Source: Ruditapes philippinarum (Eukaryota). Taken from it: DNA of 64,000 bases. A program made the translations under genes and the position numbers. The notes under the pieces were generated by a model that worked only from the letters and a program-made list of their open reading frames with translations, was not told the origin of the DNA and ran no database searches. Shown here piece by piece: positions 50,901 to 64,000 of the stretch. Each line of letters opens with the position of its first letter. The stretch's first letter is position 1. The stretch lies in contig NW_026855528.1 of the NCBI RefSeq assembly GCF_026571515.1, forward strand, positions 310,001 through 374,000, written 5' to 3'.

Positions 50901-53900
50901 TTGATAGACTGGGGGGTGGTGGGGGGGGGCTTTTGTCCTACCTGTATTTTTGATGGGGGGGGGGCTTCTGTCCTAGATGTGTGAATTTAATGGGGGTCTT
51001 TTGTCCACCTTGACATTTCTAAATGGGGTGCTTTTGTCCTACACTCCTTGTATACACCATGTCTAATTTTATTTTGCAAACCGTACGTCAATATTTTTTA
51101 ATTTGCATATTATTACGACCTGGTTATGAGTCTGGAACATAAAACTTGTTTCCGGCTATTTGACAACAAGTAAAAGACTCCCTAAAATATCATAATTTCA
51201 TAACAGATAACATTAACAATGTACGCTTTCCTTTGATGTGAGATGACTGGAATGAGTTTCAGCACTGTTTTGCGCTTTCATTTTATGCTGAGAACAAGAC
51301 ATAATTCTCTAATGAAACACATGCATTTTTTTTTTCAAGGAATCATCACATACGGAGGAATTTCATCCAGCCAATTTGATAACCACATGTAATTATAAAG
51401 AAACATAATTCAAGTAAAAATGATATTTAAACAATGATTGTAAAAGTCTTAACGTAAAAGGACATAAAATCATTCTATATTTTTATGGTAACCTTGTATT
51501 TTCGGTCCCGAAAATAAAGGCCATGCGCACGTGTGTGAGACGATAACAATGACATTTTCATTCATTAAACTTTTTTACGAAATTTGCTGTTTCCCTAGGA
51601 TTTTTCTGCTATAAGTTGGGGGAAACATTCCAGTCACCATGAATTCACAAACAAAGATGTGACAGAGTAAAGAAAATTTAATTAAATGTGCAAAGATTGT
51701 AAGAAAGGTATGATCGGATAGTAACATATATTTATTTATTAGAAGATTATATACCTCCACTGATTTACACCAGAAAGAAATGGCATGCTATAATATTTTG
51801 TATGAAATTCATGTAGGTCAGTTTTGTTTATATTTCGAAGCTTGGTATCTTTAGGAAATTGAAGTGTTGGTAAAAAATTGACTTTTTTAAAACGTTATGA
51901 AATTCTGTTCAAACTTGTTCATGTGTAAGACACTTAACCGTCTCATACTAACATGAGCAAAAAATTAAAACTAGTTTTTGTAATAAATAATACTTTCAGA
52001 TTTTAATATTCAGGGGCGATGAAGGGTGGGGCTCTACACTCCAAGTGTCTGTGCAATTTGGTGATATATAAGTAGCAAGACACTTCACCCCCAGACACTT
52101 CACCCCTCAAATTTTGAAAACACTTCACCCCTCAAGACACTTCACCCCCAAAATCAGTAAAACACTTCATCCCTCTATAATCAAAGGGGTAGCAAGACAC
52201 TTCATCCCCAGACACTTCACCCCTCATTTAACATGCAATAAAACATAACATGACCAACAATTTACAGCTGACAAACACATATTGTATATTACATCATTTA
52301 AACATAACATAGAGAGAACACACACATATACATGTATAATATAAATATATTTATTTACAGTTTCAGTCATATATGATATGAGAAGTAAATAGACATAGTC
52401 TATTCTGCAACAGTGTTAAACAGCACTTTATCTCGAACTTTCATCAGTACATATTTCTTTAAATCAGACAGTATCTGTTTTCTGGTTCAAAAAAACACAT
52501 TTTTATAAACGTCAATAAATTTCACCAACTTTCTCCAAGAATTCCACAGTCCTTGATTCATTAATTTGATTTATTAATTTTCCTTCCTTTAAAATCAATA
52601 GTTGGTATATTTTTGTAATTTAGACTAACAAATAAATCAAATTACTTTAAGTTTATTAATTTTGATAAAATTTGGAGGGGATTTTTTTTTTTCTGAGATA
52701 GGGAAACAACATATGATTTTGAGAGGGGAATGGTACCCATATTCGGCCCCAAAAACAACCAAACGAGTGCCCTAAGATGACTTAATGAGAACCAACCATA
52801 CAGTGACAGAAAAGTTACTGGTGCTCATGTTTATTGTTCTTTAATCATGCATGTAAACTATGTTAGCTTTGAGCATCTAGACATGCATTTATTCATACTT
52901 GAAGACTGCTTAATGAGATTTGTAACCAAAATATGAACCAGTATGGAATTTTGCTATCACCACAAGACTTGGGATTTGAACCTACAACCTCTTGTTCAGA
53001 AGTTCTGTGGCTCTACAGCCTACCTCAGTGAACAGCACTCTTCAATTAATATTTTTATTTCATCTTCTGTATTAACAAAATTTACTGTTAAATTTGTTTT
53101 TATCAGCAAACAAAAAATACTTATCGATTCAAGGAGAGGTACATTTAAATCATAATCAGTTAAAAATGAACCCTGTAATTATTTTTATCTTGTGGTGGAA
53201 ACATTTATCTTTGTTGAATATTCTTCAATAATTTTTAATAAATTGGTTAATGCAAACAAATTTTGCATGAATTGGTCTGACAGCTTTTATATAGAGGATA
53301 TTTGTTTAGTTCAGTGTAAGATCGGAATATATTTCACCGAGTTAGCACCAAAAGGTATATTTCACGAGTGGCGCAGCCACGAGTGAAATATGAACTTTTG
53401 GTGTTCAGGAGGTGACATATATTTCGATCTTACACTGAACAAACAAATTTTCTTTTTATTACATGCAAAGAAACGTTTAAAAAGACATTTTAACTTAGTA
53501 GTAAATGAAAAGGGCGCCAAATGATAATATAACGTGACGTCATTTACTACGTCACGTCATTAAGTTGGTTTCCAGTAATGTGAACGCTTGTATTTCACTG
53601 AAACAACGTACTGGGCTCAAATATTCAAAACAGTGAAATTATCAAATCGATAATTTCACTGTTTCAAACAGTGAAATTACCAGTTTTTAACTCACTGATA
53701 TATTTCTATAAACCACCGAAAAGCATGTAATAAAGTTTGGTTATTTACAAAATTGCAATATACTTTGTATAAAACATTTTTGTGCCCCCACTTTAGGGGG
53801 GGTATTTAGATTTACCCTTGTCCGTCTGTCCATCCGTCTGTTCTCTTTTGTGTCGCATGTAGCTCAAAAAGAATTTGACCTATGGTCATGAAACCTTACA

Positions 53901-56900
53901 GAAATGTTGATCAGCATGTGTAGTTGTACACCTGGGTATTTTCCTGTGGATATATTTAGTATTTTTAGAGTTATTGCCCTTGACTTAGTAAAAAAAAATA
54001 CAATTTTCAACTTGTGTTGCACATAACTCAAAAAGTATTTGACCTAGAGGCATGAAACCTTACAAAAATGTTGATCAGCATGTGTAGTTGTGCACCTGGG
54101 GTTTCGTTTGTGGATTTATTCTGTTTTGTTACGAGTTAATGCCATTGACTTAGTAAATATTTGCAATTATCAACTTGTGTCTCATGTAGCTCAAAAATTT
54201 TTGACCTAGTCATTAAACTTTACAGAAATAATGATCAGCATGTGAAGTTGTGCACCTGGGTAATTTCATGTGGATATGTTTAGGGTTATTGCCCTTGACT
54301 TTGATAAAATTTACGATTTTCAACTTGTGTTGCACGTAACTCAAAAAAGTATTTGATCTAGTGTCATGAAACTTTACAGGAATGTTGCTCAGCATGTAAA
54401 GCTGTGCACCTGGGGTTTCATGTGGATTTGTTCTGTTTTGTCAGATTTATTGCCCTTGACTTAGTAAAAACCATTCCATTATGTTGTGTTATTTGTTCTT
54501 CAAGTGCTCGAGTTAGAATCAACCAACTTTACAGGAGTAATGATCAACATCACTTTGAAGCTATGTACCTGGGTTTTGCATGTGGATTTTTTTTTTCAGT
54601 TTTGTTAGAGTTATTTCCCTTGACTTAGTATAAATTTGCAATTTTCAACTTGTTCATGCAATTAGCTCAAAAAATATTTGACTTGTAGATCTGAAAGTTT
54701 ACAAGAATGTTGGTCAGCCATGTATACTTATGCACCTTGAGTTTGCTTGTGGATTTATTCAGTATTTGTAAGTTCTTGCCCTTGACTTAGTAAACGATTT
54801 TTAGTTTTCAACTTGTAGCACAATTGTAGCCTAAAAAATATTTGACCTTAAATGTCATAAGATTGACAAAACAGTGACGTGTTGGGGCACCTCTGTCCTA
54901 TGGACACATTTCTAGTTGTATATAAATTGATAGAAAAAATACAAATACAGATATTTGTATTTATTTATTTTATGATGACAAGTTTTTTAAAGCAGAATTG
55001 AATGTATTGCTTTTTCCAATTGCTCATCATTTGTTTTATTATTAATATTTTTTTAAAGGAACTGAGGCAAAAACCAGCTGACAAAGTAATATCGTAAGTT
55101 AATTTTGTTACACATTGTCAATAAACAAAGTTTTTATAAGAGTATTTTGATGAAAAATATAAAAGTAGTTAAATTAGTATATAAATGATTTTAGATTTTG
55201 TATTATCAAAATGAATTTTTGTTGCTTATTGTGCCCGTGACATTGAAAGAAATTGGGGTATATTGCTTTGCTTAATGTTTGTTAGCCTGTTTGTCGATCA
55301 GTCCATAGACAGCATGTCTAACCAGATAATGCTTTAAGGTTAGATTTTCTATGTTAGATAATCATGCTGTTTAGATGAGGTCAGTTGGACAAAAGTCAAG
55401 ATCAAAATAGTGTGACCTTGTCAAGAAAAAGCTTGTCCTACCAATAACTTGAAAGTGTTTAAGCCTACAGTCCATAGATTGGTCATGACAAGAAGATGAC
55501 CCCTGTTCATTATTCAGGTCAGTTGGTCAAATGTTAAGTCACTTCCTGTGGACTTTTCATAATCATGAAAAGTTTTGTTCACCAATTAGAAGAGCCTACT
55601 GTCCTAAAATTCAGTGTGGAGGTTGGTCATGACTACATTTAGACTAGAACCCTATTTATTACGGGAGGTTTCTTGGTCCTTGCATGGGGATATCAGTCAC
55701 ATGGTCAATGTTGAAATTATAAATAATAATGTGACTTTACCATCTATTATCTGGTTCAGAATGTTATCTGATGCCATAACTCTGTTAGTTATTTCAGGCT
55801 CTAGTTGGCAGGGTAGACTTTTTATATGAAAAGATATTATGAAATTTTCCCAGGTGGGATTTAAACCCACAGTGATAAGCTGATTCAGTCAGTGGCCTTG
55901 TCATCTCCACTATAAAGACCTTAATTGTTTCTTTAATCATTAATTGACAAGATATATTACATATATAGCCATTTCAAGGTACTATATATATTTTATTTTT
56001 CAGGAAAGCTGGTGTATACGATATAAGTACAGAACCGTCTGGGATCTCAAGGTGAGAAATCTCAAACCCTTGTCTAAAATACTTAATATTTTCATTCTTT
56101 CTAGGTATAAACAAAATTCGAAAATATTTCAAGTTTGAATGTGATTCATTTGATGATTATGAAAAATGAAAATGACATACATATATATACAATATTTTTG
56201 TCACATGATGTTGTTTGTTTTCAATATTTTTAGTCAATATATGTGACTGAATATGAACCTGTGTATGGAGTCCTGGCAGAAGTATCCCTTTTAAGTCAAT
56301 GGATGACCATTGGTATAAAAACAACAAACAGCGATTTTCTTTTTTATGCCCCCGGGCATATAGTGATTGAACCGTCCGTCCGTCTGTCCGAGCAAACATT
56401 TGATTATTATGAGCTTCATTCCGTAGTTAAATAAAGAACAAAAACTCATAAAATTCAAATTAAGAGCTATTTTTTTGTTTTTATGAGCTTATTTTGCTTA
56501 TGGACGTTGGTCTAGGTGGTGTTTATGAGCTGATTTGCCTCATAAACATCAAATTTTGGTACGTCCGTCTGTCCGTACCAGGTTAACCTAGAACGGCAAG
56601 TTGGATTTTTCTTAAGTTCTTCCTGTACCAATGGCTTCTAAGTTTACACACTTACTAATCAATACAAAGTACATGATCTGGGCAAGTTACATAACTCTGA
56701 CTTTCATATTTACCAAGTTATTGCTCTTTTCAGCACTTAGAAAATGAATAATGGTTAACCTAAAACGGCAAGTTGGAAATATCTTAAGTTCTATCTATAC
56801 TAATGGCTTTATAATTCCCACACTTACTTATCAATACAAAGTACATGATATTGCCAAGTTATATAACTGTGTCATCCATATTTTCCAGTTATTTCCCTTT

Positions 56901-59850
56901 TTTCACTTTGAAAATAGGGCCTTGTCTGGTTAACCTATTTTGGCAAGTTGGATTTATCTTAAATTTCTCCTAATTGCTTAATTTCTTTAATGATATCTTT
57001 CATATTTAGTAGGTGGATACCTTTGATGGTCCTCTAATTTTTTGTGGAGTAAGCGGTCTTTAGGGTCAAGGTCATGGTCACTGGTTTAAACAATAAATAT
57101 AAACATTTTTGCTCATACAGCCTTTATATTTGAGTTGATGTTTTAGTTTAATACAAACATGCCAAGGGAGGTCCTCCTTCTTTGGGTGTAGTAAGGGGTC
57201 ATTTGGGTCAAGGTCAATGTTACCAATGTCAAATCACCAATGTTAAAATATTTTTTTTTTACATTTTTACAGGTGTATTGACCTTATTCTATAGACAGAT
57301 GCTATTTATAATTGATAGAAACATAAACTTTGAAGGAGTTAGTGGTCAGATGGGTCAAGGTCACAAGTGCTAAAAATAGATTTTTACACATTTGGTCATA
57401 TTGCCTTTATTAAGTGGCAGATATATTTTATATTTGGTTGGAAGATAACTTGCATGGTCATCATTTTGATTGGGGTAGGGATCAGTGGGTCAAGGTCACT
57501 TGTGCTAAAAATAGATTTTTACACTTTTGCCCATTCAGCTTTTATTTATTGACAGCTGTATTTCATATTTGGTAGGAAAATAACTTGCATGGTATTCTTC
57601 TTTTGGTCAGTTTGGTTAAGGTCACCAGTGCTAAAAATAGATTTTTACACCTTTGCCCATACAGCCTTTATTTATTGACAGATGTATTTCATATTTGGTA
57701 GGAAGATAACTTACATGGTATTCTTCTTTTGTATAGAGATAGGGGTCAGTTTTGTTAAGGCCACCAGTGCTTAAAATAGATTTAAACAGCCTTTATTTAA
57801 TGACAGATGGTTTTCATATTTGGTAGGAAGATAACTTGCATGAAGTTGAATATTTTTCATCTGCAAGTCAGATCAATGACTTGGCAACTTATATTTTTCA
57901 CAATTACAAAATGCTATGACTTTGTCAAGCTATATAACTTGTGTTTACAATTTTTTGGCAATTTTTCTGTCCATAACTTAGTGAATGGGTAAATATTTTT
58001 TAAAATATTGCGACTGACAAGAATCTGAGCCGGGGGCATTTGTGTTTAACAAACACGTTCTTGTTTTTTGGTATATTTGTTCAGATTTGTATTTAATATT
58101 GTGTGTTAAAAAAAGAATCTTACTGATATTGTGTATCAGCCTGCCTCTTTAAAAACTCCTAAACATGTCCTATTACAAGTCAGGGGTATTGCACCTTATA
58201 TTACAGAGGTATATAAAATGGGAAAGAAAAAATAATGCTGTTTTCCCAAAAATTAAACTTATTCTGGCTTTTTACTTTCCCAAATCAACCATTTTAATGA
58301 TAATTCTCCACAAAATTAAAGATCTACGGCCTCCTCATAAGTAAGAGAGAAAACCGCTGGAAAAGATTATATTCAAATTAAATTTAAGAGCCTATTAATT
58401 TTGTCTATATTTTTATAATACAGTGCAAGCATTGATAATTACCCATTAACTTAGAGCAAATTAAAGCATTTTCTCTAATTTCAGACTAAGATTTTTCCCT
58501 GCATTTATCGACCCAAAAGATGCAGACCAAATGTATGAGGAATTGTACCACGGTTTACCATGGCGACAAAGAAGTGATGTGAAGAACGGAGAAAAATATT
58601 TACAGCCGAGATTAACAGCATGGTATGGCGATCATCCATATCGTTATTCTGGTGTCACACACGATGCCTGCAAAGAGGTAATTTACTGTATAAGGTAGTC
58701 CTACCCTTCAATATGACAAAATTTGTCTCATTCTTTGTCTTGAATTTATTACAAAATGTGCATTTATTTGTGATGACAAAGGTGAATACAAATCACAGGT
58801 TGTGAAAAGTCATGTCTTTTGAATGGAAACATTAAGTTGAGGTTTATATTGGATATAACTCTTTTTTTGGTTATTTCAAGTTTGCCACTGTATTTATGGT
58901 TGCCATCGTAAATCCTTATAGAACAGCAGTATTTATAACCAAAAAAAATGAGAAGATTGTTTGTATAAACAGAAAGTCTTCTTTTTAATGAAGAAGTAAT
59001 CTACATGTACAGTTCTATAAAATGGATGCATGTAATGGGAGATCTCAAAGGACATAAATTTTTTTAGCAATTTTTGTCAAGAGTAGTTTTACACGCAACC
59101 CTTTGTGTTACAACTATACTACTCACTAAATAAGTTAGAAGTATTGAACTATAAAAATGGTTGTCATTGTTCAATAAGGATTGTTTGATATTTTTATGTG
59201 CTTAGAAATCTTTTATTTATATAAGTTAAAGATATCTGTTTTAACATCATCTATATGAGGACAGGTTATCAGCATACAAATTGTAAGTGTCCTTCACTGT
59301 CATGACAAGTACATGTATCATACAAGAGTACCTAATTTGAAAGTATAACGTTTGTAAATTTCGACAAAGAAGTACAAAATCATCACTCATCAATCCAATG
59401 TAAAAATGAAACAGAATATTGTAATAGGGCATGTTACATATTATTAACATATATTCATGCATGTTTGTTGTGTTATAAAATACAGAAATTATTGGTAAAA
59501 ACATTTTTATGAGAAACAACTGTGAGTGAATTTAATTCATTTATATTTAAATTTTGGAATTTTGTTTGTAGTATATATAATTGCAAGTTATAGCCATGCT
59601 TTCCTTAAAGTATTACCGGTATATAACATTTTCTTTACAGTGGCACCCTACTTTACAAAGAATAAAGCATTTACTTGAAGAAAGCACAGGGTTAGAATTC
59701 AATTCCATGTTGGCCAACTTATATCGAGATGGACACGACAGTCTGGCCTGGCATGCAGACGATGAGAAATCTCTAGGACCTGATCCCACGATAGCTTCTA
59801 TTTCACTTGGAGATAGTCGTACTTTCCAAATGAGGAAGAATCCTCCACCA
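47906..59850 (+). CDS. ALKBH3: Alpha-ketoglutarate-dependent dioxygenase AlkB homolog 3, exons 1-5 (3' end not found in the window)
   Basis: join(47906..48088, 55059..55093, 56004..56051, 58485..58677, 59641..59850) = 223 aa in frame. MSDKRKRARVQGGWA (ALKBH3-type N-terminus), GVYDISTEPSGISR, QPRLTAWYG, FNSMLANLYRDGHDSLAWHADDEKSLG..IASISLG..MRKNPPP with the Fe-binding HxD. The exons with the distal His and RxNLTFR were not found before 64000. Confidence 0.95.
48153..51047. mobile_element. 2.9-kb non-autonomous TIR element (GG..CC ends, 8-bp TSD TTGTATAC; MULE/Merlin-like) in ALKBH3 intron 1
   Basis: Subterminal GGACAAAAGCCCCC arrays inverted at the two ends; TTGTATAC at 48145-48152 and 51048-51055. 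Confidence 0.8.
48615..50540. repeat. 588-bp tandem repeat, about 3.3 copies, inside the TIR element
   Basis: Equivalent positions ATGAATACGTTTCGGGAC at 48935, 49523 and 50111; each unit contains several TTCGGGACGCT motifs. Confidence 0.95.
52075..52230. repeat. ACACTTCACCCC subterminal-type repeats (probable truncated TIR element end)
   Basis: Seven near-identical motifs in 150 bp. Confidence 0.6.
53290..53735. mobile_element. Non-autonomous hairpin element centred on CACGAGTGGCGCAGCCACGAGTG; a related fragment is at window positions 1-70
   Basis: Imperfect palindrome of about 165 bp at 53290-53455 (TTTGTTTAGTTCAGTGTAAGATCG / CGATCTTACACTGAACAAACAAA). Confidence 0.6.
53778..54917 (+). mobile_element. 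Helentron-associated (HINE/DINE-like) element with internal tandem repeats of about 175 bp
   Basis: T-rich start TTTTGTGCCCCC, GTCCGTCTGTCC microsatellite, repeated GATCAGCATGTG..GCCCTTGACTTAG units, end GGGGCACC..ACACATTTCTAGTT. Confidence 0.75.
56341..58065 (+). mobile_element. Helentron-associated (HINE/DINE-like) element
   Basis: TTTTTATGCCCCCG start, CCGTCCGTCCGTCTGTCC, internal GGTCAAGGTCAC repeats, end CGGGGGCATTTGTG..CACGTTCTTGTT. Confidence 0.75.
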
Positions 59851-60230
59851 GTAAGATGTTTCTATAAATAACAACATATGCTCAGTAGCATGTACATGTA
59901 TATATAATATACAAGTTAACATAACTTTTTATAGCAGGAATCAATAAGACAGTGGCTATTGTTTTTTGTTGTGTCTGTTTTGTTTTTTTTATCTGCAGAC
60001 AACTGTTACCATGGCTATTTAAATGACCTGCTAAAATTTTACGGCAGGTGAAAATTGTGTGAAAATAGACTGTTGGTAAGAAAAACTTGTACTTTCACTT
60101 ACAAATTATGGTTAGTTGTTGCCACTAATTAAAATATGCCTCTTGCATCCTATGAAATTTTTCCCTGCATATAAGAAGCAACATTCTTTTAGACAACTTT
60201 TTTTGTACTTAGTTTTTAATGCATTTCCTT

Positions 60231-60437
60231 AAGTTGATTAAGTAAAAACAATGCTTACGTTGATTAAGTAAAGACTATGCTTACGTTGATTAAGTAAAGA
60301 CAATGCTTATGTTGATTAAGTAAAGACAATGCTTACATTGATTAAGTAAAGACAATGCTTATGTTGATTAAGTGAAGACAATGCTTACATTGATTAAGTA
60401 AAGACAATGTTTACGTTGATTAAGTAAAGACAATGTT
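60231..60437. repeat. 26-bp minisatellite (GTTGATTAAGTAAAGACAATGCTTAC), about 8 copies
   Basis: Directly visible, no spacers. Confidence 0.95.
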
Positions 60438-61435
60438 GCTTTGAACTTCAATTTTGCCACCACCAGCCTCCAATAGTTGCCATTTTCCTGACCTTTTTAT
60501 CTTTATAATAGGTAAAAAACTAAAGTTACGAATATATATGCCATTTTTTCTACATGGTCACAATATTGAATGCCAGGCATATTTAAAATGATCTTGTTGA
60601 TAAATGTCTGTTTTAATGACAAACTGCAATTAAATGGTGCCACAATAAAACAGGCGACAAAAACGGTTATCTGATAAATTTGAATTCCTTTAAGCTATTT
60701 TTTGAGCATTCATTTAAACTTCTGCACTTATTTTTTTATCAACATACCAATAGTAAGAAAATTAAAGACCAATTGGATAATAAGCTTATAGGTTATATCA
60801 TTTGAAATAAAAGAATTGATCATATAATTAATTAATTAAATTATTAGAAAAACACACAATTGGGTAAAATTTAGCTTTTGTGATGTCAGATCATGGTTTG
60901 CACTGTTTGCTATTCAGTCATTACTATTTTAAAAATTCCCCATAAATGATGGTTGTGACCAGGGTGACAGATGGAAAAGTCTATTTAAGAAATTTACTGT
61001 GGGAAGGGTTAAAGTGATATAAATATCAGTCACATAGATGCATGGATTCTGATTTTTTTATGACTTTATAGAAGGCATGAGCAGATAATTATAATTTTAT
61101 TGAAAATGTCACCTCACACTGAAGGTTGGTATTTCTCTTTAACACAAAAAGATACACAAATAAAGATACAAACTTGAAATATAGAGTAAACTGCTGATAT
61201 ATTCAGGTCCATCAATGACACAGTGGAACTTATTTAGTGAGGTTATGTGTAACTGATTTAAAAATTATTGTTAATATTCTCATCTGAAAAACAGTAGTAC
61301 ATGTACATTCTTATATAAAATATATTATAATATAGTGTCTTAACATGGTGTTAGTACACAAAATTTGTGCAGAATAAGAAATTTGAGAAAAAAATGTTTT
61401 TTTATTAACTTGTATGTAACAAGTTGCTAATGTAT

Positions 61436-62924
61436 TTATTCAAAATACTTTGAGAGTTTAGGAATTATATCATCCAAAAAATTCTTTATATTTGTGACTC
61501 TAGGTAAGCCTTCGGAATTTCTAGCAGTAAAAACATCCCGTAAAGCATCTTCCCCACCACTGTTATGCAACAGTTTAAGATGAGACAAATTTAGCCCAGA
61601 CCCTGCTATGTTCTCTGCAGTAGGTCTTTTAATCACTCTGGTATAAAGCAATGTACTCAGTGATGGTAAATTTAAGGCTTTAGCCTTATTGAACATGATG
61701 TTGTTGACCACTGCTGATGGTGAGAAACTGTGAACCATCAAGTCATTAGTTGGTAGATTGACAGACTGAATTAACTTTCCGAGCGCTTTCACCCCTTCAG
61801 TTAGGTTATGAGCGTCATATACCTCACCTAGTATAGACAATACAAGGTCAGCTTGTAGCAAAGACTGGTTAGGGTAAAGTTTTCTGAACACAGTCACAGA
61901 GTCGATGAATGCACGCCAGAGAAAATTTATCAAAAATTCCAAGTTGTAACCAAAATTGGGAAAACAAACCTCAGTCCATTGCGTGCAACGAAACACACAT
62001 TATGAAATTTAGAAATCCAGTCGAGAAGTTTATCAATGGCTGATTTTATATTCACTAACTGAACTTTTGTATGGTTTATATCAGTTATTTTTACATTGAA
62101 TGTTAACGATATTCCACTTGTAGCACTTGTTGATGTTTGATATGATGGGTTGATATATGTGTGGAATATTTGCCAAGATACAACTTCCATTGCACAAATC
62201 TGGGATATCTGAGGCATCACTCCTTCTTCAACTGTAATAGGCATTGAAACATAATTATCAATAAATGTTTAAGGTAGTCTTACTGTAATGCTTTCCTTAC
62301 AAAACATTTCTTACATTGGCCAATATCATAATAAATCGGCCATTATTATTATCCGGAACGTTATTTTTCAAGTATCAGTATTCAATAATTTACTGTTTAT
62401 AACCAGAATTTAGTACATAGCAATAAAGGACGAGTGATTGTAAATAATTTTTTGGAAAAAAGAAATAACCAGAAATAACCATTTTGCTACAAAATAATGC
62501 ACTATACAAACATACATGTAGTGTAAAGAAACGCTAAGTATTAGCACATCAATGAACAAATATTCTTTTTGACTATACTCTGTTATAATTTTAAGTATTC
62601 TATACAAATAAATTTGGTCATAACATGTTATTTTATTTAACTTCTTCAATAAATTTAGTTTGGAATCTAAACTCATTCCATATCGGCCATCTCTGTTAGA
62701 CAGTGCTCAGACTAGTAACTTTTGTTGTTTGTTTTAACCAGAGATTAAAGTGAAAGTGTTGAAATAATTAGAATATGTGAATGATAATAGCTCACTTAGC
62801 CCAGTCCTTTCCAAATCAAAAGATACAATAGTCAGTTGTCCATGAAATGTAACAGGTTTGAAATAACCACGAGGAATTGCATCAGGAATTTGCTCAATTT
62901 TAACATATACCTCATGACCAATAC
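61436..62924 (-). pseudogene. Spliced DEDDh 3'-5' exonuclease (PML-like) relic, probably transposon-derived, antisense within ALKBH3 intron 5
   Basis: Exon 62796..62924 (GIGHEVYVKIEQIPDAIPRG..IVSFDLERTGL, ExoI) splices in phase to 62231 (IEEGVMPQISQICA..FHTYINP..VARNGLRFVFPIL). After a frameshift near 61945 it reads FIDSVTVFRKLYP..LGEVYDAHNLTEGVKAL..AENIAGSGLNLSHLKLL..GGEDAL. The ExoII and ExoIII Asp residues are replaced by V and G. Confidence 0.8.
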
Positions 62925-63199
62925 CTGTAATATATAATATTAAAGTTACTAAATCTAATTCAAATGAAAAGTTTATAAATTAAAATTGTTTTATGGCATC
63001 ATTTTACAGTAAGACCATAACACCATGTGTCTCAATTAGTGCTTGTAAAAATTAGAATGGATTTTGATACCAACTAGTGTCATTTACAAGTTTAACAATG
63101 CTGTATCAAGAATTATATTGTTAAAATTTTTAAAAGAAAATAAGGAGTGTTATACATTATGTACTATGCATGCATATAATTTTCTGCATGTGTAAAACA

Positions 63200-63615
63200 G
63201 ATGTACTGTATGTGTATTGCAGGTGTACTATATGTGTACCATAGATGTTCTTTTTATGTACCACAGGTGTACTGTATATGTACCACAGGTGTTCTGTATG
63301 TGTACCAAAGATGTTCTGTATGTGTACCATAGATGTTCTTTTTATGTACCACAGGTGTACTGTATGTGTACCACAGGTGTTCTGTATGTGTACCAAAGAT
63401 GTTCTGTATGTGTACCATACATGTAGATGTTTTTTTCATGTACCACAGGTGTACTGTATGTGTACCAAAGATGTTCTGTATGTGTACCATAGATGTTTTT
63501 TTTCATGTACCACAGGTGTACTGTATTTGTACCACAGGTGTTCTGTATGTGTACCAAAGATGTTCTGTATGTGTACCATAGATGTTTTTTTCATGTACCA
63601 CAGGTGTACTGTATG
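63200..63615. repeat. Compound 20-22-bp minisatellite (TGTACCACAGGTGTACTGTATG / TGTACCAAAGATGTTCTGTATG / TGTACCATAGATGTTTTTTT)
   Basis: Directly visible; generates the overlapping spurious ORFs at 63157-63705. Confidence 0.95.
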
Positions 63616-64000
63616 CCCGTCCCTAGATTTGCCACTACTTGCCAGCTATTTCCACTGAAAAGGGTGGCATTAAGTGTAAAAAAGGTGAAATTAACTGGAA
63701 AATGACAAAATTCCACTCTTTTTCCACTGTAGTGGCAAAATTACCACCAAACGCCACTATCCTTTGGTGGCATTTAGGTGGCATTGAGTGGAAATTTGAA
63801 CATAGACTTTTTTCATGGTGGCAAAAAGGTGGAAATTGGTGAAAAATGAAACTTAGTTTATTTTGAAGGTGGAAAATGAGTGGCTTTTAGTGGAAAAGTG
63901 AAACTCTAACTATTTTCTGGGTGGCAAATTAGTGGAAAAAAACTTAGAAAATTTTGTGAATAACTTTTAGTCGAAAAGGGAAACTCTTAACTATTTTCTG

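Noticed and set aside
60231-60437. 26-bp repeat array as CRISPR or iterons
   Set aside because: Head-to-tail minisatellite with no spacers, in an ALKBH3 intron.
63157-63705. Multiple overlapping Cys/His/Tyr-rich ORFs
   Set aside because: Translation artefacts of a stop-poor minisatellite on both strands.

Overview
AT-rich, intron-containing animal DNA, very likely a bivalve mollusc (judged from the SINE and Helentron-type repeat landscape; this is inference). The ORF track is mostly noise, so genes were assembled by hand from GT-AG splice sites and exon phase. (1) 1-30 kb: a cluster of four paralogous single-pass type I membrane receptors that I cannot name (three on +, one inverted on -). 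Each has a signal peptide, a Cys-containing beta-rich ectodomain (about 130 aa and six Cys in R1-R3), an optional Ser/Thr stalk, a Cys-containing uncharged TM, and a 160-185 aa tail with 6-12 tyrosines in ITIM-like and tandem YxxL/I motifs. The cluster shows a recent ectodomain duplication, replacement-rich divergence, chimeric relics and a decayed exon. (2) 34.8-44.6 kb (-): a CD164/TMEM123 (porimin)-like sialomucin locus with one signal-peptide exon and two mucin+TM cassettes, one ending in a GYxxPhi sorting signal and one lacking it. (3) 47.9 kb onward (+): ALKBH3 exons 1-5, running off the window, with a spliced, frameshifted DEDDh (PML-like) exonuclease relic antisense in intron 5. Non-autonomous DNA transposons (several with readable TSDs), Helentron-type elements, SINE/LINE fragments and tandem repeats fill the rest. 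All coordinates and counts were read by eye.
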